Of a DNA stretch of 64,000 bases, positions 63,006-64,000 are shown piece after piece. Where the stretch lies: assembly GCA_051294905.1 (NCBI GenBank), contig CM119380.1:2542001-2606000 (forward strand), given 5' to 3'. A program made the translations under genes and the position numbers. The notes below the pieces were generated by a model. It ran no database searches. It saw only the letters and a program-made list of their open reading frames with translations, and was not told where the DNA came from. Source of the DNA: Botryllus schlosseri. Its lineage: Eukaryota. Position 1 is the first letter of the stretch. Every line of letters starts with the position of its first letter.

Positions 63006-64000
63006 TCGTGAATAATAATTGCTTTTCAAATAAACATAATACGAAATTCAAGGGCAGTGTAACTTTAGTTGTTGCGACGCAACTGTAAAAACTTGTTTAA
63101 CTTACGACGCACCACTAGTCGTAGCTCTCACAAGCCGTATAGTGAATTGATGTTTTCGCACTATAATTATTACGTAACCAAAAGTTTGGTTTGGAAGCTG
63201 GTGTAGTGACAGACATATAGCAGCCCGTCTGAGGCTGGGAAGATGACGTTAAATTCACTTTCTGCTTACTTTCGCTAAACAATCATCAATACTTCCGTAA
63301 TACCTGTTCGATTAGTGCTAGGCACGAGAACAGTAGTAAATATACTATCATTACAGACTGCCATTTGCAAGTTGCAGTAACGTAAATTTTACCCTTTCAG
63401 GGGTTATTGAAGTATAGACCGCAAAGGGTATAATTTTGGGTCGACACAGTGCCAGGACTATCTATGTGTTCGGCGTAGCCAGCCGATAAAATGGGTGGGT
63501 GGTTGAAAGAAAAGAGCGGGTTCGATTTTTACCGAATTTAGTAATATGCAGGGCCGTAAAAGCACTTCGTCAGCCCCCCCCCCCCAAAAAAAAACGTTGG
63601 TCCTCGGCCCCCATATGGTGATAAACCGAACTTCAGTGAGCCAGCGCTAAGCGCGAAAATTTTCGATAATTCATGATAAAATCGGTCAATAAGATCGGGA
63701 ATTGCATATATATTGCTATCAATGTCTTGTCCTCTCTGCTCACGTAATGAGTTTTACCGGTAGAGCTGAGTGAGATGTCTTTGAAACTGTACAGTCCGTA
63801 AATAATGATTGAACATCTTCGGGCGGGCGGACTCGTTGGTATGACTTCGTTACATGATGTTATTTCGTGACCTCCTGTCTGCTATATCAAAAATATAGAA
63901 TCACTCAAACGTACTAGACTGAAAGATCACACGGTTTCGGATTGGTATTTCTTCACTGGCATATAATTTTTTCTTACAGGATGATATTTGTCTTGTATGT

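Overview
Eukaryotic, probably invertebrate, DNA made up almost entirely of transposons and viral relics. I find no intact host gene. The one near-complete element is a Ty3/Gypsy (Mag-like) LTR retrotransposon at 29925-34771. It has 257-bp LTRs differing at 2 sites, a 5-bp TSD, a tRNA-Leu-type PBS and an in-frame TGA inside the protease, and it sits inside a hAT MITE. Two truncated relatives lie at 20.5 kb (+) and 62 kb (-). A second LTR element (47930-54823, TSD ATAG) carries only a decayed gag, a double-hairpin leader and three nested DNA elements. Eleven non-autonomous hAT elements have verifiable 8-bp TSDs, several of them nested. Decayed fragments resemble Mutator-like, Harbinger, P/THAP, hAT, MULE, BEL/Pao, RTE LINE, a tRNA-derived SINE, Polinton-type polB, a spliced Ulp1-PHD module (duplicated 26 kb apart), a kinase N-lobe and a candidate ssDNA-virus capsid. 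About 21 of 22 orientable relics lie on the + strand, as expected for a uni-strand piRNA-cluster-like TE trap; this is inference. All family calls are by-eye motif recognition with no database search.
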